Shown here: positions 20,421 through 30,316 of the stretch, in pieces | Layout of the letters: each line of letters begins with the position of its first letter | Numbering within the stretch: the stretch's first letter is position 1 | Source: Chitinophaga pinensis | Lineage (GTDB): Bacteria; Bacteroidota; Bacteroidia; NS11-12g; UBA955 | Length of the DNA: 64,000 nt | Assembly (NCBI GenBank): GCA_945888525.1 | Contig: CAMDAF010000001.1 | Location: 160,059 to 224,058, forward strand | Direction: 5' to 3' | Made by a program: the position numbers and the translations under genes | Notes under the pieces: model-generated | Databases searched by the model: none | Told to the model about the DNA's origin: nothing | The model's input: the letters and a program-made list of their open reading frames with translations, nothing else

Positions 20421-21061
20421 AATCGCTAAAACCTTTATTTATTTTATTTATTATTCTCCTGTCATTGGTTGTATTTCTGATGTATGCTCTACCTGTCTTA
20501 AAACCTGGTAAATTTTTTGGACCCGGCGATACCCGCGGGGGCAAGGAAATGGTAATTAAAAACTATGGAGCTGCTATCGATAGTGCGGCCAATGTATTTG
20601 GTCTATCAGCTTCCTATCTTAAAGCTTTATGTATGCTGGAATGCAGCGGCAAGAAGAAGTTCCAAGCACGTTTTGAAGACCATGTTTACCGCAAATTAAA
20701 AAAAGTCAAATTCAAACAATTAAGCAATTATGAGCATGTTACACCTGAAATGTTGCAAGATGCAAACGATGAAGCTTTGAGAAATTTAGCCAGCAGCTGG
20801 GGGCCATTTCAGTTAATGGGGTATAAATGTCTATTGTTGAACATTAAAATTAGAGACATTCGCGGAGATCAAGCCGTTTATTATGGTGCAAAATGGATAG
20901 ATTTAACCTATGGGGAAACTTTGAAGGAAAAGAAATTCAAGGATGCATTTCACATTCATAATACAGGTTCTCCATTCCCTGACAATGGGCGCGCAAAAAC
21001 CCATGATCCCAATTATTGCAACAATGGCTTGAAATATATAGATTGGTTTAATAAGCACTAA
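20417..21061 (+). CDS. Membrane-anchored N-acetylmuramidase-like protein (DUF3380-type lysozyme fold)
   Basis: N-terminal TM; ALCMLECSG (Glu), RFEDH, and SSWGPFQLMGY resembling SWGxFQIMGFN. Confidence 0.6.
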   Translation: MKSLKPLFILFIILLSLVVFLMYALPVLKPGKFFGPGDTRGGKEMVIKNYGAAIDSAANVFGLSASYLKALCMLECSGKKKFQARFEDHVYRKLKKVKFKQLSNYEHVTPEMLQDANDEALRNLASSWGPFQLMGYKCLLLNIKIRDIRGDQAVYYGAKWIDLTYGETLKEKKFKDAFHIHNTGSPFPDNGRAKTHDPNYCNNGLKYIDWFNKH

Positions 21062-21189
21062 AAATATCTTTAAATTATATCTACCTTTGTTGAGATATTT
21101 TTTCATATTGTAATCATTAATCTTTAGTTTCTTTAAAATATAAGTGTGGTTAAATCTGTTTTTAAATCATACACTTAATTTTAAAATAA

Positions 21190-21735
21190 TTGCATATTTC
21201 TCTAGTTTTTCAAACCAATAGGTTGCTCGTTAGGCGCTTAATGAATTCTGACCTTTTGGATTTTTCTGATTTACATGCCGATAATGATGTGATGTTTTAC
21301 ACCGAAACAAATGGCATCGATGCAGCAAGAAGTTTGCTCGATTTTAACCGCATTATTCAACAATACACGAACACCGATAATAAGTTTTGGATTTGGGCCA
21401 TCGAAAATAAATTGACACACGATTTTGTTGGCATTGTTGTTTTATCGACCAATCCTGAGAATGAAATTGAGCTTGGATATAGACTAAATAAAAAGTTTTG
21501 GCGCTTGGGCATAGGCAGCGAAGTTTTCAATGGTTTGGTTAAACATGCATTTGAAAATGAACATGCAGAATCTGTATCTGCAGAATCAGATTCTTTTAAC
21601 ATCGCTTCGCTTAAAATTATCGAGAAGCATCTGAATTTTGTGAGCGAATACTACAATACAGAATTAAAACGTTTGGATTATTTATACAAACTGAGCAAAC
21701 AAGAGTATTTCAAAATTCAAAATGAATGCGCTTAA
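21190..21735 (+). CDS. GNAT N-acetyltransferase (RimJ/RimL family)
   Basis: TNRLLVRR, ELGYRLNKKFWRLGIGSE, NIASLKII. Confidence 0.85.
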   Translation: MHISLVFQTNRLLVRRLMNSDLLDFSDLHADNDVMFYTETNGIDAARSLLDFNRIIQQYTNTDNKFWIWAIENKLTHDFVGIVVLSTNPENEIELGYRLNKKFWRLGIGSEVFNGLVKHAFENEHAESVSAESDSFNIASLKIIEKHLNFVSEYYNTELKRLDYLYKLSKQEYFKIQNECA

Positions 21736-21760
21736 TAAAGCTTTGGGTCATTAATCTAAT

Positions 21761-23437
21761 TTAATAGACTTTAATACCAGCTCTATAGGTTGAAATAATT
21801 TTCGTTTTCAACAGCTCGTCTTTTTTAATGCTTAATAAATTCTTATCCATTACCACAAAGTCAGCATCTTTTCCTAGGGCTAAGCTTCCTTTTCTGTGCT
21901 CTAATTTACAAGCTTTTGCAGCCCAAATGGTCATGCCTTTTAAAGCCTCTAAATGGCTTAAACTCTCATTAGGTAAAAAAGCTTCTTGCTCAGGCATATT
22001 TGCATTTTGTCTGAAAACGGCGCTGTAGAAGGTGAAAATTGGATTGATGTATTCTACCGGAAAATCTGTCCCTAAGGGTAAATATCCATTTTGATTTAAT
22101 AAGGTTTTGTAAGCATATGCGCCCGGCATTCTGTCTTCGCAAATCCTGTCTTTAACCCAAGGAGCATCGCTGCTGGCATGGGTTGGTTGCACACTAGGAA
22201 TAATTCCATATTTGCCAAATAGATAAAAATCTTTAGGATCCAATATTTGTGCGTGTTCAATTCTCCACCGTCTGTCTTCCTTTGGTTTTAATAAACTACC
22301 ATACAATTCTAAAATCAATTTATTGGCTGAATCGCCAATACAATGGGTGTTTACTTGGTATTGGGTTTTATGGTAAACCGTAGTGCAAAAATCTTCATAA
22401 TATTTTGGACTCTTCATCAACATGCCAGTATGCATGCGTTGGTCGCAATAGTCACGCTTCATCTTGGCCCCTCGGCTTCCAAGAGAGCCATCTGCATACA
22501 ATTTAAAACTGCCAATATAGGTGTTGTTGTTTTCTGAAATTCCATTTTCTTGCGCATACTTGAGTCCTGCTTCATTAGGATTTACCATAAGATACAAGTA
22601 AATTGAAATTAATTTTTTCTGTGATATTGAATCTAAAAATTTACAGTCAGAAATATCCAAACCAGCGTCAGCTAAAGTGGTTAATCCAAATGCATAGCAT
22701 TCTTTTTCTGCTTTCTGCAGCACCTTCACCAATTCGTCTAGACTTGGCTCTAAAACAAATTTCTGAACCAAATCAACTGCATTGTCAATGAGTACACCTG
22801 TTGCCATTCCATTTTTTAGAATAATTTCACCTCCTTCAACTTGTCTTATAGAGGGTAGAATCAATGTCTTTATTGATGAATTTTGTTCAGGTATAATCCC
22901 AGCTATTTCTAAAGCTTTGTTGTTGCAAATGGCAGCATGTCCGTCAATTCTTTTTAAGATAACTGGTGTATTGGGATAACGTCTGTTTAAACTGTCATTG
23001 CTTGGGTATTCTTTAATGGTCCAATCGTTTTGATCCCATCCACGGCCTTGAATCCAAGCGCCTGGATTGTTTTTGACAAATGTATCTAGGCGATTTAATA
23101 CATCTCCCCACGACTTGGTTCCAACCAAATTACAAGTTAAAAGTGTCTTGGCATAGCCGTAAAAATGGCAATGGGCATCGATTAAACCTGGATAAACATA
23201 TTGTCCTTTTAGGTCTTGCATATTGCCTCTTCTGCAGGTATATTTCTCTAATAGTGACTTGTTTCCGATTGCAAGTATTTTACCGTCTTTTACCACCATC
23301 ACTTCTGCTTCTTGCATCGAATCGTCCATCGTAATTATATGGGCATTGTAAATAATACGGTCTACCACAGTTTTACTCTTGTTCTGACAAGCAAGCCCAA
23401 AGAAAACAAGGCTGAATGAAATTAAAAATATCTTCAT
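21761..23437 (-). CDS. YtcJ-like amidohydrolase (lipoprotein)
   Basis: PGLIDAHCH, RIDGHA, KLYADGSLGSRGA, HCIGD, RIEHAQ, GTDFPVE. Confidence 0.92.
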   Translation of the reverse strand: MKIFLISFSLVFFGLACQNKSKTVVDRIIYNAHIITMDDSMQEAEVMVVKDGKILAIGNKSLLEKYTCRRGNMQDLKGQYVYPGLIDAHCHFYGYAKTLLTCNLVGTKSWGDVLNRLDTFVKNNPGAWIQGRGWDQNDWTIKEYPSNDSLNRRYPNTPVILKRIDGHAAICNNKALEIAGIIPEQNSSIKTLILPSIRQVEGGEIILKNGMATGVLIDNAVDLVQKFVLEPSLDELVKVLQKAEKECYAFGLTTLADAGLDISDCKFLDSISQKKLISIYLYLMVNPNEAGLKYAQENGISENNNTYIGSFKLYADGSLGSRGAKMKRDYCDQRMHTGMLMKSPKYYEDFCTTVYHKTQYQVNTHCIGDSANKLILELYGSLLKPKEDRRWRIEHAQILDPKDFYLFGKYGIIPSVQPTHASSDAPWVKDRICEDRMPGAYAYKTLLNQNGYLPLGTDFPVEYINPIFTFYSAVFRQNANMPEQEAFLPNESLSHLEALKGMTIWAAKACKLEHRKGSLALGKDADFVVMDKNLLSIKKDELLKTKIISTYRAGIKVY

Positions 23438-23556
23438 AATGAGTCATCAAATATAAAACTTTATTCATTATTACTGTTCATTTTTAGATTCAGTTTCAAT
23501 TTGAAATTCAATCATTTTCAGCACTTCAATTGCCAATTTTAATGTATTTTTGTGCG

Positions 23557-24987
23557 ATGAATTTTCCAAGCCCCAATCTGTTTGAAGAATATGAGGATTT
23601 GTTTCGCCGAATAGGACGTGTTGCCGATAGGGACGGAATAGAAATTTATTTGATTGGCGGTTTTGTAAGAGACATCTATTTGCAAAGAGAAAGTAAGGAC
23701 ATTGATATTGTTGTTGTTGGTAAAGGAATTGATTTTGCTAAAAAAGTAGCGTCGGACTTGAAAAAAGTTAAATTGACTTACTTTGAGAACTTCGGAACGG
23801 CTCAGATTTTATACAACGATTTAATTATTGAATTTGTAGGTGCGCGCAAAGAGAGCTATAGGCGAGATAGCCGAAAACCTCTAGTTGAAGAGGGTACTCT
23901 GAAAGACGACCAAGAAAGGAGAGACCTCAGTATTAATGCAATGGGCATCTCATTGAATGAAATCAATTTCGGACATTTGGTGGATCCATTTGGCGGCATC
24001 GATGATTTAGATAAGCAAATTATTAGAACGCCTCTCGATCCTGATACGACCTTTAGCGACGATCCATTGCGCATGTTACGCGCTATTCGTTTTGCTTCTC
24101 AGTTAGGGTTTAGAATTGATGAAAATACGTTTGATGGCATAGAAAGAAACAAAGAAAGAATTTCAATCATCTCACAAGAAAGGATAACAGACGAGCTTAA
24201 TAAAATAATTCTTTCACCTATGCCTTCCATTGGGTTTGAATATTTATTTGACACCGGTTTGTTGAAATTGATCTTCCCTGAAATGGTCGATATGTTTGGT
24301 GTTGAAACAAAAAACAATTTAAGCCATAAGGATAATTTTTACCACACCCTACAAGTTCTCGATAATCTTGCAATGCTAAGTAAGGACCTGTGGTTGCGTT
24401 GGGCCGCTATTTTACATGATATTGCAAAACCAGCAACCAAGCGCTTTGAACCAGGCATAGGTTGGACTTTTCATGGACATGAAGACAAGGGCAGCAGAAT
24501 GGTAAAACCAATTTTCTCCAAATTAAAATTGCCTCTTAATGAGAAAATGAAATTCGTCGAAAAGATGGTTTTATTGCACCTCAGACCAATTGTCTTGTCT
24601 CAAGAGATTGTTACCGACAGCGCCGTTAGAAGGTTAATGATGGAAGTGGGTGAGGATATCGATTCTTTAATGTTGCTGTGTAAAAGCGATATTACCAGTA
24701 AAAACGAAAAGAAGGTTGAGCGCATCAAAAAGAATTTTGCGCAAGTTGAAATTAAAATCAAAGATGTACTTGAGCGCGATTACTTGAGAAATTGGCAACC
24801 ACCAGTTACTGGTTTAGATATTATGAATGCTTTTATCATCGTTAAAAAACAAGATATTGGCAATCTGAAAGCTATAGTTAAACAAGCAATTCTCGACGGA
24901 GATGTTGAGGATAACAAAGAAACTGCTATGCTTTTTTTAGTTAAAAAAGCCAATGAAATGGGCATAGAAGAAAAAATAAAAATATAA
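23557..24987 (+). CDS. cca: CCA tRNA nucleotidyltransferase (HD domain)
   Basis: GGFVRD..DIDI, RRDLSINA, FSDDPLRMLRAIRF, LHDIAK. None of the tRNAs in this window encodes CCA. Confidence 0.88.
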   Translation: MNFPSPNLFEEYEDLFRRIGRVADRDGIEIYLIGGFVRDIYLQRESKDIDIVVVGKGIDFAKKVASDLKKVKLTYFENFGTAQILYNDLIIEFVGARKESYRRDSRKPLVEEGTLKDDQERRDLSINAMGISLNEINFGHLVDPFGGIDDLDKQIIRTPLDPDTTFSDDPLRMLRAIRFASQLGFRIDENTFDGIERNKERISIISQERITDELNKIILSPMPSIGFEYLFDTGLLKLIFPEMVDMFGVETKNNLSHKDNFYHTLQVLDNLAMLSKDLWLRWAAILHDIAKPATKRFEPGIGWTFHGHEDKGSRMVKPIFSKLKLPLNEKMKFVEKMVLLHLRPIVLSQEIVTDSAVRRLMMEVGEDIDSLMLLCKSDITSKNEKKVERIKKNFAQVEIKIKDVLERDYLRNWQPPVTGLDIMNAFIIVKKQDIGNLKAIVKQAILDGDVEDNKETAMLFLVKKANEMGIEEKIKI

Positions 24988-25004
24988 TTACATTTGCAGA
25001 GTAT

Positions 25005-25586
25005 ATGATTTACCGTTTTAAAGTTTGGTTTGAAGAAGAAGAAGAAATCTTTCGTGTTATTGACATAGCACCTTCTGCTTCGTTTTTAAGTTTACACGAA
25101 GTCGTGTTAGATTCTATTGGTTTTAAAAAAGATTTACCAAGCTCGTTTTATTGTTCTGATGACAATTGGAGAAAAGGTAAGGAAATAAGCCTAAATGACA
25201 CTGGGAAATTGTTGATGGAAACTTCTAAATTAAAAGACCATATCAACGATCCGCATCAGAAATTCATTTTTATCACAGATTTTAATGAAAATTGGACCTT
25301 AAATATTGAGTTGCAAAGCATTCAAAATGATGTCAGCGGCATTGCATATCCAATTGTTTTTAAATCTGCTGGAAAAGCCCCAAAACAAAATGAGGGTATT
25401 GGAAGATTTAAAACCGTTGATGAAAACGAATTTGATGAAATAGCCAATAAACTGGTGAGCAAGCATGCGCCTATGATTGACGAGGATTTTGATGAGGAAG
25501 GTTTTGGTGAAGAAGGCGAAGATCCTGACGAGGATTCGGATGAATTTGATGGGTCACAAGATGCTGCTTTCGAAGAAGAATTATAA
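25005..25586 (+). CDS. pRiA4b ORF3-like conserved Bacteroidota protein with acidic tail
   Basis: YRFKV..E...FRVIDI, SSFYCSDDNWRKGKEI, DPHQKFIF. D/E-rich C-terminus. Confidence 0.7.
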   Translation: MIYRFKVWFEEEEEIFRVIDIAPSASFLSLHEVVLDSIGFKKDLPSSFYCSDDNWRKGKEISLNDTGKLLMETSKLKDHINDPHQKFIFITDFNENWTLNIELQSIQNDVSGIAYPIVFKSAGKAPKQNEGIGRFKTVDENEFDEIANKLVSKHAPMIDEDFDEEGFGEEGEDPDEDSDEFDGSQDAAFEEEL

Positions 25587-26356
25587 TGCAAACCAAGGTC
25601 ACCTTTTTAGGAACTGGAACTTCTCAAGGTGTGCCCTTAATTGCCTGCCCTTGTCAAATCTGCCAAAGCACTGACCCTTTAAATAAACGTCTCCGTAGCA
25701 GCATTAAAGTTGAATGCGAAGGTAAAACCATCGTTTTCGATAGTGGCCCCGATTTCCGCCAACAAATGTTGCGTTCTGAAACCAAAAAGCTCGATGCCCT
25801 AGTTTTTACCCACGAACACAAAGACCATATTGCAGGTATGGACGATATCCGTGCATTTAATTACATCAATAAAAGAGCCATTGATGTGTACGCAACGCTT
25901 CAAGTTCAAACGGCCCTCAAACGCGAGTATCAATACGTATTCTCCGATTTTAAATACCCAGGAATTCCTGATATACATTTAAATACCATTGAGAACAATT
26001 TGGATTTTCATGTTGGAGATGTTTGCATCAAACCGATTGAAGTCATGCACTATAAATTACCAGTGCTTGGTTTTAGAATCAATGATTTTACCTATATCAC
26101 CGATGCTAATTTTATTTCTGATTCTGAAAAGGAAAAAATCAAAGGCTCTAAAGTATTGGTCCTAAATGCACTTAGAAGAGAAAAGCACATCAGCCATTTT
26201 ACCCTCGATGAGGCAATCGCTTTAGGTAGGGAACTGGAAATACCCGAGGTGTACTTTACACACATTAGCCACCAGTTGGGCTTGCACCATGAAGTGGATG
26301 CGCAGTTGCCCGATGGATTTCACCTGGCCTATGATGGTTTGGAACTGCTCATTTGA
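25586..26356 (+). CDS. MBL-fold metallohydrolase (PhnP-like)
   Basis: LGTGTSQGVP..C.C..C, THEHKDH, THISH, LAYDG. Confidence 0.92.
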   Translation: MQTKVTFLGTGTSQGVPLIACPCQICQSTDPLNKRLRSSIKVECEGKTIVFDSGPDFRQQMLRSETKKLDALVFTHEHKDHIAGMDDIRAFNYINKRAIDVYATLQVQTALKREYQYVFSDFKYPGIPDIHLNTIENNLDFHVGDVCIKPIEVMHYKLPVLGFRINDFTYITDANFISDSEKEKIKGSKVLVLNALRREKHISHFTLDEAIALGRELEIPEVYFTHISHQLGLHHEVDAQLPDGFHLAYDGLELLI

Positions 26357-26434
26357 GGTTTGTTTTCTGCACCTTTATTTTGACTTGCTTCAATCCAAAT
26401 TCAACAAAGTCTTTTGGTGTCAATTTGCTAAAAT

Positions 26435-27625
26435 TTAGTTATGAATTAATTTCAAATAAAATTCTTCCCAACGCTTTGATACAGCCTGATTGCTGAAATT
26501 TTGCAAGGCTAAATGGTAGCCGTTTTCTGCAATTTTATTTCGTAAGTCCAAGTCTTCTGTTAGAGAAATGATTGCTTGAGCAAACTGTTCTGAGTTATCT
26601 GCAATTAAACAATGTTCATTATCCTTTATTGGTAAACCTAAAGCACCTTGGCTGCTGGTAACAATTGCCTTTTTGGCCAACATGGCTTCAATGGTTTTTA
26701 TACGTATGCCACTGCCACTTTTTAACGGCACAACCAAAATTGATTTATTGGATTTAAACGCTTCTTGGTCTTTTACCTCTCCAGCAACAATAAATTGATT
26801 GGTGTTCCATGCATTATAAGATTCAGCCATATTCTTGCCTGCCATGTAAAATTTAACAAGCTTATTCTTGCTGGTAACTTTTGGCCAAATGTCGTTGTGA
26901 AACCATGCCATTGCCTCTTGATTGGGCATCCATTCCATTGACCCAATATGGTAAATAGAATGGTAATCAATATTGCAATCTTTGTTCTTTCTAATCTCTA
27001 TCCCTGCAGGTATAGCGCATTGAAAGCCCTTAAAGTTTTGGGCTGAAATGAAATGATTGTCTTCTTCAGTAATGCTAACAACGGCATCAAATTTTTGAAT
27101 GATTCGCTTTTCAAATTTTTCAAGACGTTTGGCGAGAAAATTTAAATAGATTTTTTTAGGAATAAATTGAGTGGTGTTTGCAAGTGTCTTCCAAATATGG
27201 AATTCAATATTGTGCTGCCTCAGTAAAGTAGGGGTATTAGTTTTTATTAAATCTTTGTACTGAGATACAAACAGACCTTCAAAATGCAGTAAATCGAAAT
27301 TGTTTTCAATGATATACGCTTGAATAGTGTCTCTAAATTCTAATGAAGTAAAACGGTCAATGTTGTAAGAACGGGTTTGAAATACATTTAACAATGCTTT
27401 GATTGGAGAAATACTGGTGTCAATTGTAAATGGCTTTATGGCCTTTAAAAATGAAAGTTCTTTGGCGATTGTCGCTTCATCTACAAAATGTTTTTTGGTA
27501 TTAAGGCTCATGTAATGCACCTCAATGCCAAGCTCCGACAAGCCTTTCAAGAGGCTGTATGTGGCAATTGCACCGCCATCATTGAGTGGCCAAGGAATCC
27601 TACTTCCAATTATTAATACCTTCAA
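26435..27625 (-). CDS. Glycosyltransferase family 4
   Basis: PWPLNDGG, HNIE, IGSMEWMPN, VPLKSGSGIRIKTIEAM. Confidence 0.9.
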   Translation of the reverse strand: MKVLIIGSRIPWPLNDGGAIATYSLLKGLSELGIEVHYMSLNTKKHFVDEATIAKELSFLKAIKPFTIDTSISPIKALLNVFQTRSYNIDRFTSLEFRDTIQAYIIENNFDLLHFEGLFVSQYKDLIKTNTPTLLRQHNIEFHIWKTLANTTQFIPKKIYLNFLAKRLEKFEKRIIQKFDAVVSITEEDNHFISAQNFKGFQCAIPAGIEIRKNKDCNIDYHSIYHIGSMEWMPNQEAMAWFHNDIWPKVTSKNKLVKFYMAGKNMAESYNAWNTNQFIVAGEVKDQEAFKSNKSILVVPLKSGSGIRIKTIEAMLAKKAIVTSSQGALGLPIKDNEHCLIADNSEQFAQAIISLTEDLDLRNKIAENGYHLALQNFSNQAVSKRWEEFYLKLIHN

Positions 27626-27728
27626 ATCGGGTCAAAATTAAGACGAAAACTTAGGGAATAAATCTTTTTTTTAAAAAAAGTTTGGATTTTTGTCTTTAAT
27701 TCGTACTTTTGCAGTCCTATTTTAAGAA

Positions 27729-27983
27729 ATGGCAAATCATAAATCATCGATCAAAAGAATCAGGCAAACTGAAGTGAAGAACGAAAGAAACCGTTACCAG
27801 CACAAGACTACACGTAATTTGGTAAGAAAACTTCGCGAAACAACTGATAAAACAGCTGCTGTTGCACTATATGTGGAAACAGCTAGCATGCTTGACAAAC
27901 TGGCCAAACGCAATGTCATCCACAAGAACAAAGCGTCTAACCTTAAATCAAGCCTATCGGTTCATATCAATAGCTTGAATTAA
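27729..27983 (+). CDS. rpsT: 30S ribosomal protein S20
   Basis: [13 protein letters not shown]...[11 protein letters not shown]. Confidence 0.98.
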   Translation: MANHKSSIKRIRQTEVKNERNRYQHKTTRNLVRKLRETTDKTAAVALYVETASMLDKLAKRNVIHKNKASNLKSSLSVHINSLN

Positions 27984-28000
27984 AAAATTATTTTTATAAT

Positions 28001-28028
28001 AGAGCCTCCGGAAACGGGGGCTTTTTTT
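28001..28028 (+). terminator. Intrinsic terminator after rpsT
   Basis: GAGCCTCCG-GAAA-CGGGGGCTT followed by a T-run. Confidence 0.85.
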
Positions 28029-28098
28029 ATGTGCTTTTTTGATAAAAAAAATCTATTTTTGCGGCAACATTAACTAATCATTAAAAAAAATAAATTAT

Positions 28099-29349
28099 AT
28101 GGCTGATATTTTTGAAAAAGTAATTAGAAACATGGGACCATTAGGGGCCCATATCAAGGAAGCGCACGGTTATTTTACTTTCCCTAAATTGGAAGGTGAA
28201 ATAGGACCTAAGATGGTATTCAACGGTAAAGAAAAATTAAATTGGAGTTTGAACAATTATTTGGGATTGGCAAACCATCCTGAAGTTAGAAAAGCAGACG
28301 CTGATGCAGCTGCTCAATACGGTATGGCTTACCCAATGGGTGCGCGTATGATGAGCGGAAACAGCAATCCACACGAACAGCTTGAAAAAGAATTGGCTGC
28401 TTTTGTAGGCAAAGAAGATGCAATATTGTTGAATTTTGGTTACCAAGGCGTAGTGTCTATCATTGATGCAATGGTGGATCGCCATGATGTAATCGTTTAT
28501 GACGCTGAATCACATGCTTGTATTGTAGATGGTGTAAGATTGCACCAAGGACATCGTTTCCAGTTCAAACACAATGATATGGAAAGCTGTGAAAAACAAT
28601 TGCAAAGAGCCACCCGTTTGGTTGAAAAAACTGGCGGTGGAATTTTTGTGATCACCGAAGGTGTATTTGGTATGAGCGGCAACCAAGGTGATTTAAGAGG
28701 TGTTGTTGCGCTTAAAGACAAATATAATTTTAGATTGTTTATAGATGATGCACATGGTTTTGGTACAATTGGAAAGACGGGTAGTGGTGCGGCTGAAGAG
28801 CAAGGTGTTGTTGATCAAGTTGACTTACACTTTTCTACTTTTGCAAAATCAATGGCCAGTATTGGTGCTTTTGTAGCTGGTCCTAAACCCATCTTAGATT
28901 TTTTAAGATACAATCTGCGCTCGCAAATTTACGCCAAATCATTGCCAATGCCACTTGTGGTTGGTGCTTTAAAACGTTTGGATTTAATCCGTTCACAACC
29001 TGAGCACAAAGAAAATCTTTGGAAGATTGTCAATGCCTTGCAAAGTGGTTTAAAAGAAGCAGGGTTCAACATTGGCACCACATCTACCCCAGTAACACCG
29101 GTGGTTTTAAGTGGCACAGTTGCAGAATCTACCCACTTGACATTTGACTTAAGAGAAAAATATGATATTTTCTGTTCAATCGTAGTGTATCCCGTTATTC
29201 CTAAGGGTCTAATTATTTTACGCTTAATTCCTACTGCAGCCCATAGCTTAGCAGACGTAGAAAGAACAATAAAAGCATTTAAAGAAATTAAACAAAACCT
29301 AGAATCAGGCAAGTACAACCAAGATGAGGTTGTAAATGCATTTTTGTAA
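28099..29349 (+). CDS. Alpha-oxoamine synthase family PLP enzyme; probable cysteate acyl-ACP transferase (CapB/SulA/CFAT type, sulfonolipid synthesis)
   Basis: NNYLGL, HACIVDG, DDAHG, TFAKS (PLP Lys). N-terminal HGYFTFPKLEGEIGP and RSQIYAKSLP match, from recollection, the Bacteroidota CFAT subgroup. Confidence 0.75.
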   Translation: MADIFEKVIRNMGPLGAHIKEAHGYFTFPKLEGEIGPKMVFNGKEKLNWSLNNYLGLANHPEVRKADADAAAQYGMAYPMGARMMSGNSNPHEQLEKELAAFVGKEDAILLNFGYQGVVSIIDAMVDRHDVIVYDAESHACIVDGVRLHQGHRFQFKHNDMESCEKQLQRATRLVEKTGGGIFVITEGVFGMSGNQGDLRGVVALKDKYNFRLFIDDAHGFGTIGKTGSGAAEEQGVVDQVDLHFSTFAKSMASIGAFVAGPKPILDFLRYNLRSQIYAKSLPMPLVVGALKRLDLIRSQPEHKENLWKIVNALQSGLKEAGFNIGTTSTPVTPVVLSGTVAESTHLTFDLREKYDIFCSIVVYPVIPKGLIILRLIPTAAHSLADVERTIKAFKEIKQNLESGKYNQDEVVNAFL

Positions 29350-29388
29350 TTGTTAAAAATTATTCATAAATTTGGTTAAACTAAATTT

Positions 29389-30273
29389 ATGAATAATTTA
29401 AAATCCTATTTCGATTTTACAAAAGGCGAGCGTAATGCCGCCTTTTTTTTGTTGCTCATTATTTCTTTTTTTTCAATTTTACCCTGTTTTGATCAGCCAA
29501 TTAAATATTCCAGATCAGATTTTTCAGAATTAATGCTCTTGGCAAAATTAGATTCTATCGAGAAAAACACTCCGATTTTTGATAAACAAAAGCCATTTAA
29601 AAGGAAAATAAAGTTTATTCCATTCGATCCCAATACTGCGTCTTATCAAACATTTCTAGACAACGGATTTAGTTCCTACTTAGCGCAAAGGATACAAAGA
29701 TACAGAGCTGCAGGGGGGCGATTTAAAACAAAATCAGATCTTTTAAAAGTATATGGCATTGATTCAAATCTAATCCGCCAGCTTTGGTCTTGTGTGAAAT
29801 TACCTGAAAGCAACAATATAGGCACCAGAAAAAATGACCAAAAGGAGGCCTATTTAAATTCAAAAAAGCCAGTTGAAATTCTCGAATTAAATACCGCAGA
29901 TACCAACCAATTGATTTCACTCCCAATGATTGGAAGCAAATTGGCGAATAGAATTGTGGCCTTTCGGAACAAATTAGGTGGGTTTTATTCAAGCAATCAA
30001 TTGCTAGAGGTTTATGGTGTAAAACCGGAGACCTACGAGGCAGTATTGAACAAAATCAGCGTAAATGAAGATTTAATAGTAAAAATTGATTTAAATAATT
30101 GCAAAAAAGACCAATTGGATAAACATCCTTACTTTGGGTATAAAATTTCAAGTCAAATAATCAATTACCGAACGCAGCACGGGCCATATAAAAGTATTGA
30201 TGACTTTAAAAAAATCCTGAATTTGCCCAAAGAATCGATAGAACAGATAAAATTCTATATTAAATTTATGTGA
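29389..30273 (+). CDS. ComEA-like helix-hairpin-helix DNA-binding membrane protein
   Basis: FTKGERN + TM; three repeats (FDPNTA, LELNTAD..L..LPMIGSKLA, IDLNN..L..HPY). Confidence 0.85.
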   Translation: MNNLKSYFDFTKGERNAAFFLLLIISFFSILPCFDQPIKYSRSDFSELMLLAKLDSIEKNTPIFDKQKPFKRKIKFIPFDPNTASYQTFLDNGFSSYLAQRIQRYRAAGGRFKTKSDLLKVYGIDSNLIRQLWSCVKLPESNNIGTRKNDQKEAYLNSKKPVEILELNTADTNQLISLPMIGSKLANRIVAFRNKLGGFYSSNQLLEVYGVKPETYEAVLNKISVNEDLIVKIDLNNCKKDQLDKHPYFGYKISSQIINYRTQHGPYKSIDDFKKILNLPKESIEQIKFYIKFM

Positions 30274-30316
30274 ATCAGATAATCTTGGCGTATTATTTTT
30301 TATTTTTGCAAACTTT

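Noticed and set aside
25005-25586. pRiA4b ORF3/'IS passenger'-like gene as a sign of a mobile element
   Set aside because: No transposase, terminal inverted repeats or target duplication. It is embedded in a housekeeping run.
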